A stretch of 64,000 nt of DNA. It comes from an uncultured Anaerolineales bacterium (GTDB taxonomy: Bacteria; Chloroflexota; Anaerolineae; Anaerolineales; UBA4823). Below are positions 27,565-37,008 of the stretch, piece after piece. Made by a program: the position numbers and the translations under genes. Position 1 is the first letter of the stretch. Every line of letters starts with the position of its first letter. Under the pieces are notes generated by a model that was not told where the DNA came from, ran no database searches, and saw nothing but the letters and a program-made list of their open reading frames with translations. The stretch spans positions 56,971 to 120,970 of the forward strand of contig CALFWB010000003.1 in assembly GCA_937928795.1 (NCBI GenBank). The letters run 5' to 3'.

Positions 27565-27620
27565 TTACCTGTTGAGATTGACAGTAGTCTGATGAACGAT
27601 TCGATGGAGGGCGAAACGAA

Positions 27621-28838
27621 ATGACCATCAGTCATCTAGCTCGGGCGATTTCTGAATCGCCCACCCTAAAGTTAAATGAAGAAGCCAGAATTTTACGCGA
27701 ACGCGGTGAAGCGGTCATTCATTTAGGGATTGGGGAGCCGAAGAACAAGTCCCCCATCACTGCAATTCTATCCGCTGCCGCAAAAATCAGCTCCGGAGAT
27801 GTTAAGTACTCACCACCAGATGGTACCCCTTCCTTGAAAAAAGCAATCATTCGTTATACAGAGGAAAACTACGGGCGCTTCGTTGCCCCAGAAAATATTG
27901 TGGTCTCTTCTGGGGCAAAGTTTTCTCTGTATAACCTGTTCTATGCCTTGATCGATCCGCAGGATGAAGTGATCCTCCTGGCTCCCTACTGGGTAAGTTA
28001 TCCAGAAATCGTCAAGATGGTCAATGGCATCCCAGTTGTGGTTACACCAGAAGATGGCAGTTTCCACCCTCGCTTTGAAGACATTGAAAGGGCGGTGACC
28101 TCTTATACTAAAGCCATCATTGTGAACAGCCCGAACAATCCCTCTGGGGTCCTCTATCGTGCAGATTTCATTGCTCAGATGGTAGATTTTTGCGAGCAGA
28201 AGGGTATCTATTTGGTTATGGATGACATCTATCATAAGTTAGTCTTTGATCATAAAAAGTGCCCTTCCCCATACCAATTCACCTCAAAGGATATCGAAAA
28301 CACCCGAATCATTGTTGTCAATGGTGTCTCAAAGCTCTATGGAATGACCGGATTTCGCATTGGTTGGGTCGTGACAAACCGAAAGCTTGCATCGGTGCTG
28401 CATAACATTCAAGCCCAAACAGAATCTTGTCCCTCGGTTGTTTTACAAGCGGCAGCAGAAGGCGCGCTGAATGGGATGCAGTCAGTCGTCGAAAGCCTAA
28501 GACTAACCATCGAGAACAATCGCAACGTGATCCTCCAAGAACTCAAGACCGTGAATGGCGTGCGCGTCATCCCCCCTGACGGCACCTTTTATTGCCTGCC
28601 AGATTTTCGCGCCTATTCGAACAACTCGGTTGAGCTAGCTAATTTTTTGCTACGAAAAGCCTTTGTCGTCACCGTACCCGGCAAAGAATTTGGCATGGAA
28701 GGCTACTTACGCTTGAGCTTTGCCGGCAGCGTAAAGGACATTATGACCGGCATCGAGCGCATTCGCTGGGCGCTTGACCCAAACGCCCCATCTGAAATTT
28801 ATATCGGCGATCGCCGTATGGTGAGGGACTGGCTATGA
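27621..28838 (+). CDS. Aspartate aminotransferase (class I)
   Basis: 405 aa. Contains NSPNNPSG and GVSKLYGMTGFRIGW. Its stop overlaps the pckA start. Confidence 0.85.
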   Translation: MTISHLARAISESPTLKLNEEARILRERGEAVIHLGIGEPKNKSPITAILSAAAKISSGDVKYSPPDGTPSLKKAIIRYTEENYGRFVAPENIVVSSGAKFSLYNLFYALIDPQDEVILLAPYWVSYPEIVKMVNGIPVVVTPEDGSFHPRFEDIERAVTSYTKAIIVNSPNNPSGVLYRADFIAQMVDFCEQKGIYLVMDDIYHKLVFDHKKCPSPYQFTSKDIENTRIIVVNGVSKLYGMTGFRIGWVVTNRKLASVLHNIQAQTESCPSVVLQAAAEGALNGMQSVVESLRLTIENNRNVILQELKTVNGVRVIPPDGTFYCLPDFRAYSNNSVELANFLLRKAFVVTVPGKEFGMEGYLRLSFAGSVKDIMTGIERIRWALDPNAPSEIYIGDRRMVRDWL

Positions 28839-30484
28839 ACAATAATCTTCTCAACATTCGAACCCCTGCAGAAACCGTAGCGAACGAACTAAAAGCTGAA
28901 TATGACCTTTCTTTCTTGGGCTTAGAGAATCTGCGCAAAGTCTATTGGAATTTGCCGGTTGAATCGCTCTACGAGGAAATCGTCTTTCGGTCTGAGGGCC
29001 AAATCACTCGCGGGGGTCCTCTGGTCGTTAACACCGGAAAACACACGGCCCGAGCTGCTGACGACAAAGTTATTGTCAAAGATAGCGAGACAGACACAAC
29101 CGTGTGGTGGGGTCAATACAATCGCCCCTATGATCCCCAGCAGTTTCACGACCTGTTTATTCGTGTCCAAGGCTACTTGCAGGGCAAAGATGTCTTTGTC
29201 CAAGACTGTTATGTGGGAGCAGATGCGAGCGCTCACCTTCCGATTCGCGTGATTACCGAAAAAGCCTGGCACAGTCTGTTCGCTCGCAATATGTTTTTGA
29301 CCCTACCCGATCGGGAAGCTTATCGTCAACATGTCCCCGAATTTACGCTCATTGCAGTACCCTCCTTCAAGGCATTTCCTTCGATTGATTCGACGGCAAG
29401 AAATACGATCATCGCCATTAGCTTTGAACAAAAACTGTGTATTATCGGGAACTCAGGTTATGCTGGGGAAATCAAAAAATCGGCATTTACAATTATGAAT
29501 TATCTCTTGCCCCAACAAGGGATTTTACCCATGCATTGCTCGGCAAATATGGGGAAACAAGGGGATGTAGCTTTGTTTTTTGGCTTGTCGGGTACGGGTA
29601 AAACGACCCTTTCTGCAGACCCAAACCGCTTCTTAATCGGCGATGATGAGCATGGCTGGTCTGAGGATGGAATTTTTAACTTCGAAGGGGGATGTTACGC
29701 GAAAGTGATTGGACTTTCCCCCATCGCTGAACCGCAAATTTATTCTTGTACCAAACGCTTTGGCACCATTCTTGAAAATGTCGTTTACGACCCCGTTTCA
29801 CGTCATATTGACTTGGACGATGATACCCTTACCGAAAATACACGTGCCTCTTATCCTCTAGAATATATCGAGAACGCCCTGACCGAGAAGCGTGGACCCC
29901 ACCCCAAAAATATCCTCTTCCTGACCTGCGATGCTTCTGGGGTTATGCCTCCTATAGCCCGTCTATCGCCAGAACAAGCCATTTATCATTTTATTTCCGG
30001 ATACACAGCAAAAGTCGCCGGAACGGAAATCGGATTGCGTGAAGAACCCGAGATCACCTTCAGTGCTTGCTTCGGTGGCCCATTTATGGTGTATCACCCT
30101 TATGTTTATGCGAATCTATTGCGGAACAAAATCGAGCGTCATCAGGTACATTGTTGGCTGATCAACACGGGTTGGGTTGGAGGACCGTATGGAGTTGGCA
30201 AACGAATTAGCATCCAATACACTCGCCGAATCTTGGATGCTGTGCTAAGCGGAGACCTAATGGGGGTGGAATATAGAAAAGACCCCGTATTCGGTTTTGA
30301 CGTTCCCCTCCACTGCCCCGGCGTTCCAGATAGTATCCTAACTCCTTCAAGTGCCTGGGCTAGTGAAGAAGCCTATTACAAACGCTACCGCAGCCTTGCC
30401 TCTCGGTTTATCGATAATTTCAAGAAATTTGAAGACCGCTTTCCGCCCGAAATCCGCGCCGCCGGCCCACAACTCTCCATTTAG
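28835..30484 (+). CDS. pckA: Phosphoenolpyruvate carboxykinase (ATP)
   Basis: 549 aa. Contains the kinase-1a motif FFGLSGTGKTTLS, plus IGDDEHGW and INTGW. Confidence 0.95.
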   Translation: MNNNLLNIRTPAETVANELKAEYDLSFLGLENLRKVYWNLPVESLYEEIVFRSEGQITRGGPLVVNTGKHTARAADDKVIVKDSETDTTVWWGQYNRPYDPQQFHDLFIRVQGYLQGKDVFVQDCYVGADASAHLPIRVITEKAWHSLFARNMFLTLPDREAYRQHVPEFTLIAVPSFKAFPSIDSTARNTIIAISFEQKLCIIGNSGYAGEIKKSAFTIMNYLLPQQGILPMHCSANMGKQGDVALFFGLSGTGKTTLSADPNRFLIGDDEHGWSEDGIFNFEGGCYAKVIGLSPIAEPQIYSCTKRFGTILENVVYDPVSRHIDLDDDTLTENTRASYPLEYIENALTEKRGPHPKNILFLTCDASGVMPPIARLSPEQAIYHFISGYTAKVAGTEIGLREEPEITFSACFGGPFMVYHPYVYANLLRNKIERHQVHCWLINTGWVGGPYGVGKRISIQYTRRILDAVLSGDLMGVEYRKDPVFGFDVPLHCPGVPDSILTPSSAWASEEAYYKRYRSLASRFIDNFKKFEDRFPPEIRAAGPQLSI

Positions 30485-30512
30485 GACAACATGAATAAAA
30501 AGGTTATCACTT

Positions 30513-30574
30513 CGATCGAAGCAAGAAGTCTTTACAATTTAGCGAAAGAGCAAGTTTTCTTCTTACTTCGATCG
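30513..30574. terminator. Long imperfect hairpin between convergent genes (bidirectional terminator candidate)
   Basis: CGATCGAAGCAAGAAG (30513-30528) pairs with CTTCTTACTTCGATCG (30559-30574) at 15/16, with a 30-nt loop. Confidence 0.45.
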
Positions 30575-30604
30575 TCAAGATGACCAAAGCGAATTCATGC
30601 AAAG

Positions 30605-30817
30605 TTACAGAGACCAGGCTAAGAGAAATCCTAAAATGGCGAGGAACAAGCCGATGTGTAAAAGGACATTCGTCTCGATGATCACGGAGCTAAAGGGAAG
30701 AAATTGCAAAACACCGTTGATGAGGATTAAGAAAAGCCCGATGATAGGGAGCAATCCTTTTCGGTGTGCAAAATAATTGGCTAGCCAATCGAGGGAACGA
30801 TTGATAAAATTCTTCAT
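30605..30817 (-). CDS. Small membrane protein (2 predicted TM helices)
   Basis: 70 aa with two hydrophobic stretches. Its start overlaps the hflX stop by 4 nt. Confidence 0.5.
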   Translation of the reverse strand: MKNFINRSLDWLANYFAHRKGLLPIIGLFLILINGVLQFLPFSSVIIETNVLLHIGLFLAILGFLLAWSL

Positions 30818-32172
30818 GGGATACGCTCTCGTTGCATTAGCTTATCTTCGTCGTGTGGATAAAGGTAAGGGGTGTATTTTGCCAGATGCCTTCCGGGTAC
30901 CTTCCCCTGAATATAAACTGTGTTTCCTGAGTAAGTAATCTGATCAACAATTCCCTCCTTAGAAAATAATTGAATGAGATACGTTTCCTTTTGAGGGATT
31001 TCTACCGAGATCGCATGTTGCCGCCCAAACAAAAAATCTTCCAACTTACGGAGTAGCTCGTCAAGGCCCAATCCGCTGAGAGCCGAGATGGCTACTGAAT
31101 TTGGATACCGAGCCATGAGCTCTAGAGATTGCCGAGGATTTTTTAGCAAATCGATCTTATTCAAAACGGTGAAAATGGGTAAGTGATCAGCTTCGATTTC
31201 TCTTAGCGTTTGAAATACAGCTTGGGCTTGTTGTTGGGCTATCGGATGGGAGACATCGAGGACATGTAGCAATAAATCCGCCTCACAAATCTCTTCGAGG
31301 GTCGCCCGAAAAGCGGCAATGAGGTGGGTCGGTAGTTTTTGGATGAAGCCCACCGTGTCGGTGAGTAAAATTTCGTTGTGGTTGGATAGAACAACACGAC
31401 GGGTTGTGGGATCCAAAGTTGCGAACAATTGGTCGGCAACATAAACATTGGCGTTGGAAAGCGCGTTTAGCAAGGTGGATTTTCCGGCGTTGGTGTACCC
31501 AATGAGCGCAACAACTGGAACGCCGGATTTCTTTCTTCGGCGCCGATACTGACGCCGATGGACTTTGACCTTCTCTAACTCTTCCTTTAGGTGGGCGATG
31601 CGACGACGAATATCACGGCGGTCAACTTCCAGTTGCGTTTCGCCAGGCCCTCGCAGTCCCACCCCTCCCACGCTGCCTGCTCTGCCACCCCCACCTCCAG
31701 CCTGCCTAGCTAAATGCGTCCATGCTCGAGTTAAGCGCGGCAATCGATATTCGTATTGGGCGAGTTCAACTTGCAAGGCGCCTTCTCGTGTTGCGGCGTG
31801 TTGAGCGAAGATATCCAAGATCAACGCTGTGCGATCGATGATGCGCACGTTTTCGTCAAAATGTTTCTCCAATTCGCGTAAGTGGCGCGGCGAGAGTTCG
31901 TCGTCAAACAAGATCATGTTTGCACCCGTTTCGTTGACGAGGGCTTTGATCTCTTCAAGTTTTCCGGCGCCAATATAGGTTTGAGGGTTGGGTTTGTCAA
32001 GTTTTTGAGTAACCGCTGTTACAACCTCGATTCCAACCGTCTGAGCTAAGAGGAATAACTCATTGAGGGAATCTTCGAGGCGAAAGTCCGAGACGGGTTT
32101 GCCGACTTCTAACCCGACTGCAATAGCTCTCTCTTGATAGGAGTCAATGACCGCAATCGTTTTCTTAGCCAT
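30814..32172 (-). CDS. hflX: GTPase HflX
   Basis: 452 aa. HflX N-terminal domain, then G1 GYTNAGKST and G3 DTVGF, plus NKID. Confidence 0.9.
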   Translation of the reverse strand: MAKKTIAVIDSYQERAIAVGLEVGKPVSDFRLEDSLNELFLLAQTVGIEVVTAVTQKLDKPNPQTYIGAGKLEEIKALVNETGANMILFDDELSPRHLRELEKHFDENVRIIDRTALILDIFAQHAATREGALQVELAQYEYRLPRLTRAWTHLARQAGGGGGRAGSVGGVGLRGPGETQLEVDRRDIRRRIAHLKEELEKVKVHRRQYRRRRKKSGVPVVALIGYTNAGKSTLLNALSNANVYVADQLFATLDPTTRRVVLSNHNEILLTDTVGFIQKLPTHLIAAFRATLEEICEADLLLHVLDVSHPIAQQQAQAVFQTLREIEADHLPIFTVLNKIDLLKNPRQSLELMARYPNSVAISALSGLGLDELLRKLEDFLFGRQHAISVEIPQKETYLIQLFSKEGIVDQITYSGNTVYIQGKVPGRHLAKYTPYLYPHDEDKLMQRERIP

Positions 32173-33436
32173 TTGCCAAACTTTGGTTATTCCGTGTTTG
32201 CTGAGCGGAAAAAATTTGTGCCGAAGCTTTCGGAGGTTCAGTATAGATAGGAATCATCAAATGAAAAATCGAGCCCGGACACCGCACTTCATCGTACCCC
32301 TCGGACTCCATCCAAATTGTACCACCATGAGCTTCGAGAATCCCTTTAGCAATCGGTAACCCTAACCCAGCTCCTCCACCCTTGAACTTTGATTTTCCGG
32401 TGGAATGTAACAAGACTTGACCCAATTGAGAAAATTTCTCGAAAATGAAGGGTTGGTCTTCAGGGTCTACCCCTATACCGGTATCTTCAACCAGAATTTC
32501 GATAAAACCGCTTAGTTTTCGACCGTAAATGCTAACTCTTCCACCGTCTGGCGTGTATTTAATTGCGTTCTCAATGACATTCCGCAACGCTTGCGCAAGA
32601 CGAACCTCATCCAAATAAATCATCTCATTAATTCCCGAAATCGGCCGCCATTGAATGAGCAGATTCCGATCGGCCGATTTCTTTTTCATTTCTTTGACAA
32701 CCGTTTCGATTAATCGATTCAGTAAGCAAGGTTGAAAGGTTAGGAGCAACATTCTCGAATCGATTAGGGATACATCAATCATGTCTTGAATGGTTTGCTT
32801 AAGCCTTTCGGTACCTTTTTGAATACCTTCGATATATGGAGAATACAGTCTCAGATGATCATTTTCGGTAAGCAGATCGTTCAGCATCATTGAATAACCC
32901 TCGATGATGGTGAGAGGCGTTTTTAGCTCATGCGCAGCAATAGAGATAAAGTTCGATTTGCTACGGTCTAATTTTTCAAGCATAGCTTGAATTTCGGTCG
33001 CCGCTTTTGTTTGTTGATCAATGTACTTCCTGAAACCAAGCCGGATCAATCTCTCTTGGGCATAAAAAAACCATTCAGATGTAGTGAAAGAGAGATTTTT
33101 GTCTCCTACACCAAGTTCACTGGAGTACTCCCGAATTACGGCGATACAGGCTGTTTCGATCGAACGGAGCCAAGAGGTCAAATCCAAAACAATTTGAGGC
33201 ATTTCAGCTTCGGTATATTGGCCGATCCAATTTTCTAGGATTTGGTCTACGTGAACAGGATCATTAGTTAGGAATGACTTTTCAAACGCATCAAAAAGGG
33301 AGAGCAATTGCTTCTCCAAAGATGGACGGATCCCGGACGTTTTGGTTAAGTGTTCCGTGATCTGCGGGAGATATTCTCGCAAAAATTCCAATAGCTTTTT
33401 CTCATCGAGAGAATTCATTGGCTTGCCAACACTCAT
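32165..33436 (-). CDS. Sensor histidine kinase, apparently cytoplasmic (HisKA + HATPase_c)
   Basis: 423 aa. H-box SIAAHELKTPLT. N, G1 and G2 boxes (NAIKYTP, DTGIGV, GGAGLGL). No obvious TM segment. Confidence 0.85.
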   Translation of the reverse strand: MSVGKPMNSLDEKKLLEFLREYLPQITEHLTKTSGIRPSLEKQLLSLFDAFEKSFLTNDPVHVDQILENWIGQYTEAEMPQIVLDLTSWLRSIETACIAVIREYSSELGVGDKNLSFTTSEWFFYAQERLIRLGFRKYIDQQTKAATEIQAMLEKLDRSKSNFISIAAHELKTPLTIIEGYSMMLNDLLTENDHLRLYSPYIEGIQKGTERLKQTIQDMIDVSLIDSRMLLLTFQPCLLNRLIETVVKEMKKKSADRNLLIQWRPISGINEMIYLDEVRLAQALRNVIENAIKYTPDGGRVSIYGRKLSGFIEILVEDTGIGVDPEDQPFIFEKFSQLGQVLLHSTGKSKFKGGGAGLGLPIAKGILEAHGGTIWMESEGYDEVRCPGSIFHLMIPIYTEPPKASAQIFSAQQTRNNQSLANG

Positions 33437-33437
33437 C

Positions 33438-34331
33438 TTAATGCTCTTTCAACCAATGAATAAGTGTATCATAGACAACGTAAATACTTCGAGCAGAAAC
33501 CTTATCCAGCGTATCTTGAGTGGTATGCCAGTAAGGATAATCGAAATCAATCAGCAGGGAAGTTGGGAAACCTTGTTGAAGAAAGGGAAGATGGTCGTCA
33601 ATCATGCGATACTTTTTCTGAGGGATGAACTCCTTATATCCTAATTGATCGGCAATTGCCCAAATTTCCTGATTGAGTTCTGCAGTCGAGTTGTGTTCAT
33701 GGTAGATGTTCAAGTCTTTGTCGCCGATCATGTCAACGACAACAACGGCTGTTGGAGTTTGAGTCAACGAGTTTGCAAATGCCCTCGAACCCAAAATCCA
33801 ATCCCAATCTGGATAATTGCCATTGTCCTCCAAATCGAAAAAGACCAACCAAATCGTTTTCTGTTCAAGTGAAAATTGTTTCGGAATTTCGCGAGACAAT
33901 TGTAGTAATAAAGCTACTCCAGAGGCTCCATCGTTTGCCCCTGGCACAGGCTGATTGCGCAGTTGCGGCTGCGCCTCTTGATCCGAGGTAAACCGTGTGT
34001 CATAATGCGCCCCAATGATGATAAACTCCTCGCCCTTACCGTATTTGCCGACGATATTTTTCCCCGTAAAGTCTAAGTGAGCGAAAGATTGTGTTTCTAC
34101 ACCCCACCGATTTTTTTGCAGGTTGTCGATGATCCAATCCTGAATTTGCTGATGGCATGGAGAACCGGGAGTTCGTGGGCCGCAATTCACCTGATACGAG
34201 AGATCTTGCTCAATTAGGGCAAGCTCTTCGGTCAACGAGAAACTTCCTTGGCGACTTTGACAACCTCCTCCCAAAACCAAGAGAAGCCCTAAGACTACTA
34301 GAATACCTATACGCAATCTATTCAAAGACAT
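33438..34331 (-). CDS. M28-family peptidase / glutaminyl-cyclase-like, secreted
   Basis: Signal peptide followed by a Cys. Contains GAHYDT, GANDGASG, FFDLED and a W..HT..D context. ATG 34331 preferred over GTG 34334. Confidence 0.75.
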   Translation of the reverse strand: MSLNRLRIGILVVLGLLLVLGGGCQSRQGSFSLTEELALIEQDLSYQVNCGPRTPGSPCHQQIQDWIIDNLQKNRWGVETQSFAHLDFTGKNIVGKYGKGEEFIIIGAHYDTRFTSDQEAQPQLRNQPVPGANDGASGVALLLQLSREIPKQFSLEQKTIWLVFFDLEDNGNYPDWDWILGSRAFANSLTQTPTAVVVVDMIGDKDLNIYHEHNSTAELNQEIWAIADQLGYKEFIPQKKYRMIDDHLPFLQQGFPTSLLIDFDYPYWHTTQDTLDKVSARSIYVVYDTLIHWLKEH

Positions 34332-35670
34332 CACACTCCTTTAGCCATTGCTCCAAAACATCCAAAGAGCGTTGAGCAAAGTAGAAATGGCGCTGCTTCT
34401 TGTTCCGCAGCCACTCTTCCTCGGTGTAGGGTAACAGACCAAAATTGGCTTTCATCGGCTGAAAGTCTTTCTCGCTGGCGTGCGTGACGTAATAAATTAA
34501 GCTGCCTAACATCGTCTCTCTAGGTAGTTGCAAGAGAGGTTTCCCTCGTATATAGCGAGCAGCGTTCACACCCGCCAACCAGCCGCTGGCAATGTTGCCG
34601 GCATAGCCTTCAACACCGATCAATTGACCTGCCATGAAGAGATCGGGACGACGGATGGTCTGGAGAGTCGGCTTTAGCGCTTGCGGCGAAAAAATATAAG
34701 TATTGCGGTGCATTTGACCAAACCGGACAAACTCTGCCCGCTCCAAGCCGGGGATCATGCGGAAAACCCTCTTTTGTTCGGTAAAAGTGAGATTGGTTTG
34801 GAATCCCACCAGATTATATAGCGTGCCGGCTAGATTGTCTTGGCGCAGTTGAACAACCGCGTAGGGACGTTTTCCGCTGCGAGGGTCTTTTAATCCGACC
34901 GGCCGAAGCGGACCAAAGGCAAGCGCATCTTTTCCCCGCCTAGCCAGCACTTCGATGGGCAAACAAGCTTCAAAAAATTTTCCTTTTCCACCGCTTACAC
35001 CGCTCTCAATTGTTTCCTCAAATGAGCGCAAGGGAATTCTTTCAGCTTTGACCAGTTCCTCAACAAAATTTTCGTATTCCTCCCGGTTCATCGGGCAATT
35101 AATATAGTCTCCCTCTTCTTGGTCATAGCGACTGGCACGAAAAGCCACGTTCATGTCGATCGTATCTGCCTCGACGATAGGCGATATGGCATCGTAAAAA
35201 AACAGATTGGAGAGACCCAGAAAATTGGCAATCGAAGCAGACAGACTCTCCGAGGTCAAGGGACCAGAAGCGACAACGGCAGTCGTTTCCGGAAGCTTCT
35301 TGATTTCCTCCCGAATAACCGTAATCTTGGGATGCGAAAGAATCGTCTGTGTGACTTTTTCGGCAAACACCTCTCGATCCACAGCTAGGGCTCGTCCCGC
35401 CGGCAATGCGCTTTCATCTGCGCAACGGATTAGCAAGGACACTAATGTCCGCAATTCACTGAGCAGTAATCCTGTTCCCCGGTCGATCTGATTCGCCCCC
35501 AGTGAATTGGAACAAACGAGTTCAGCCAACCGATCGGTTACATGCGCCCCGGTGTTTACCAAAGGACGCATCTCATATAAATAGACCCGTATGCCGCGTT
35601 GCGCAGCCTGCCAAGCAGCTTCACAACCTGCCAAACCACCGCCAACAACAATCAATTCACGCTCTCTCAT
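34318..35670 (-). CDS. trmFO: Methylenetetrahydrofolate--tRNA-(uracil54-C5)-methyltransferase
   Basis: 450 aa. FAD-binding motif VVGGGLAGCEAAWQ. TrmFO/Gid family features throughout. Confidence 0.9.
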   Translation of the reverse strand: MRERELIVVGGGLAGCEAAWQAAQRGIRVYLYEMRPLVNTGAHVTDRLAELVCSNSLGANQIDRGTGLLLSELRTLVSLLIRCADESALPAGRALAVDREVFAEKVTQTILSHPKITVIREEIKKLPETTAVVASGPLTSESLSASIANFLGLSNLFFYDAISPIVEADTIDMNVAFRASRYDQEEGDYINCPMNREEYENFVEELVKAERIPLRSFEETIESGVSGGKGKFFEACLPIEVLARRGKDALAFGPLRPVGLKDPRSGKRPYAVVQLRQDNLAGTLYNLVGFQTNLTFTEQKRVFRMIPGLERAEFVRFGQMHRNTYIFSPQALKPTLQTIRRPDLFMAGQLIGVEGYAGNIASGWLAGVNAARYIRGKPLLQLPRETMLGSLIYYVTHASEKDFQPMKANFGLLPYTEEEWLRNKKQRHFYFAQRSLDVLEQWLKECDVFE

Positions 35671-35718
35671 TGTCTCGTAGTATAATAGAAATCAATCTAA
35701 TCTTCAAATCAAAAGGAG

Positions 35719-35931
35719 TTGCGGATGTTTAATCTACCTCAAGGTGCTGAGTTATTGATCATCCTCTTTATCGTCATTTTACTCTTTGGTGTCGGGCGGA
35801 TTAGCAAGGTGGCTGGCGAGTTTGGGAAGGGAATTCGCGCCTTCAAAGAGGGCTTACAATCCTCTGCGGAAGAAGCAACAGACAAGAAAGCCGAATCCAC
35901 TGAAGAGAAGACCGTTGAAAGCAAAGGTTAA
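35719..35931 (+). CDS. tatA: Twin-arginine translocase subunit TatA/E
   Basis: 70 aa. N-terminal TM, the LLFG hinge and an amphipathic helix. SD AAAGGAG. Confidence 0.9.
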   Translation: MRMFNLPQGAELLIILFIVILLFGVGRISKVAGEFGKGIRAFKEGLQSSAEEATDKKAESTEEKTVESKG

Positions 35932-35978
35932 GGGCAACCAATCAACAACAGGGGCTCTTAGGCTAAATATCTTCGTGG

Positions 35979-36323
35979 ATGCATGAACTCGCTGTCACTC
36001 AAAGCATTCTAGACCTTGTCCTAGACCATGCAGCTAAGGCGGATGCCACTCAAATTACCAAGATTTACCTTGTCGTTGGCGAGCTTTCCTCTATTGTCGA
36101 CGAGTCGGTACAATTTTATTGGGAGATCATCGCTAAAGATACGCTGGCAGAAAAAGCCGAATTGGTGTTTCGGCGAGTAGCAGCCACTTTCAAATGCCTT
36201 GAATGCCAAACGGTCTATCACTTAGATGGACAAGTTGTTTTCTGCCCATCTTGTGGTAGTTCCCGAATTGAGATTCTGAGTGGTGAAGAGTTTTACATAG
36301 AAGCGATCGATATAGAAACATGA
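35979..36323 (+). CDS. hypA: Hydrogenase nickel incorporation protein HypA
   Basis: 114 aa. MHE N-terminus and two CxxC pairs (CLECQ, CPSCG). Confidence 0.9.
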   Translation: MHELAVTQSILDLVLDHAAKADATQITKIYLVVGELSSIVDESVQFYWEIIAKDTLAEKAELVFRRVAATFKCLECQTVYHLDGQVVFCPSCGSSRIEILSGEEFYIEAIDIET

Positions 36324-36997
36324 ATGAACAACGCATCCCAATCGTCCAAAACATTCTCAGCGCAAACGACGCAATTGCGGAAAGCAATCGGTTGTTGCTA
36401 AAGCAAGCGCATTTATTCTCAGTTAACATAATGGCTTCTCCAGGCGCAGGAAAAACGACCCTAATTGAACAAACTGTAAAAAACCTATCTAACGACTTGC
36501 GCATTCTCGTTATTGACGGCGATATTGCCACAACCCTGGATGCCGACCGAGCTAGCGCAGCCGGGGCAACGGCTATCCAAATCAATACAGGAGGAGATTG
36601 TCACTTAGATGCGGTCATGCTTAATAAAGCTCTCGTACAGACAGACCTGCGCCAGTTTGATTTATTGATCGTCGAAAATGTGGGAAACTTAATCTGTCCG
36701 GCAAGCTTTGAGTTGGGAACTGCGCTCAACGTGCTGGTTGCTTCGGTGCCTGAGGGTCATGATAAACCGCATAAGTATCCTTCCATGTATCGTGGTGTGG
36801 ATTATGTAATTTTGAATAAAATTGATTTGCTACCCTATGTAGATTTTGATGTGGAATTTTTCCGTAAAGGTCTAGAAGCGTTAAATCCAGCCGTAGAGTT
36901 TCTCCTCGCTTCTTGCCGTACAGGGGAGGGTTTGTCCAATTGGTATGAATGGTTACGTAAACAAGTTGATCGATTTCGATCTTTATCGGTTGTGTAG
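36320..36997 (+). CDS. hypB: Hydrogenase nickel incorporation GTPase HypB
   Basis: 225 aa. Contains SPGAGKTTL, ENVGNLICP and NKIDL. Confidence 0.9.
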   Translation: MNEQRIPIVQNILSANDAIAESNRLLLKQAHLFSVNIMASPGAGKTTLIEQTVKNLSNDLRILVIDGDIATTLDADRASAAGATAIQINTGGDCHLDAVMLNKALVQTDLRQFDLLIVENVGNLICPASFELGTALNVLVASVPEGHDKPHKYPSMYRGVDYVILNKIDLLPYVDFDVEFFRKGLEALNPAVEFLLASCRTGEGLSNWYEWLRKQVDRFRSLSVV

Positions 36998-37008
36998 GCT
37001 CAAACGCA

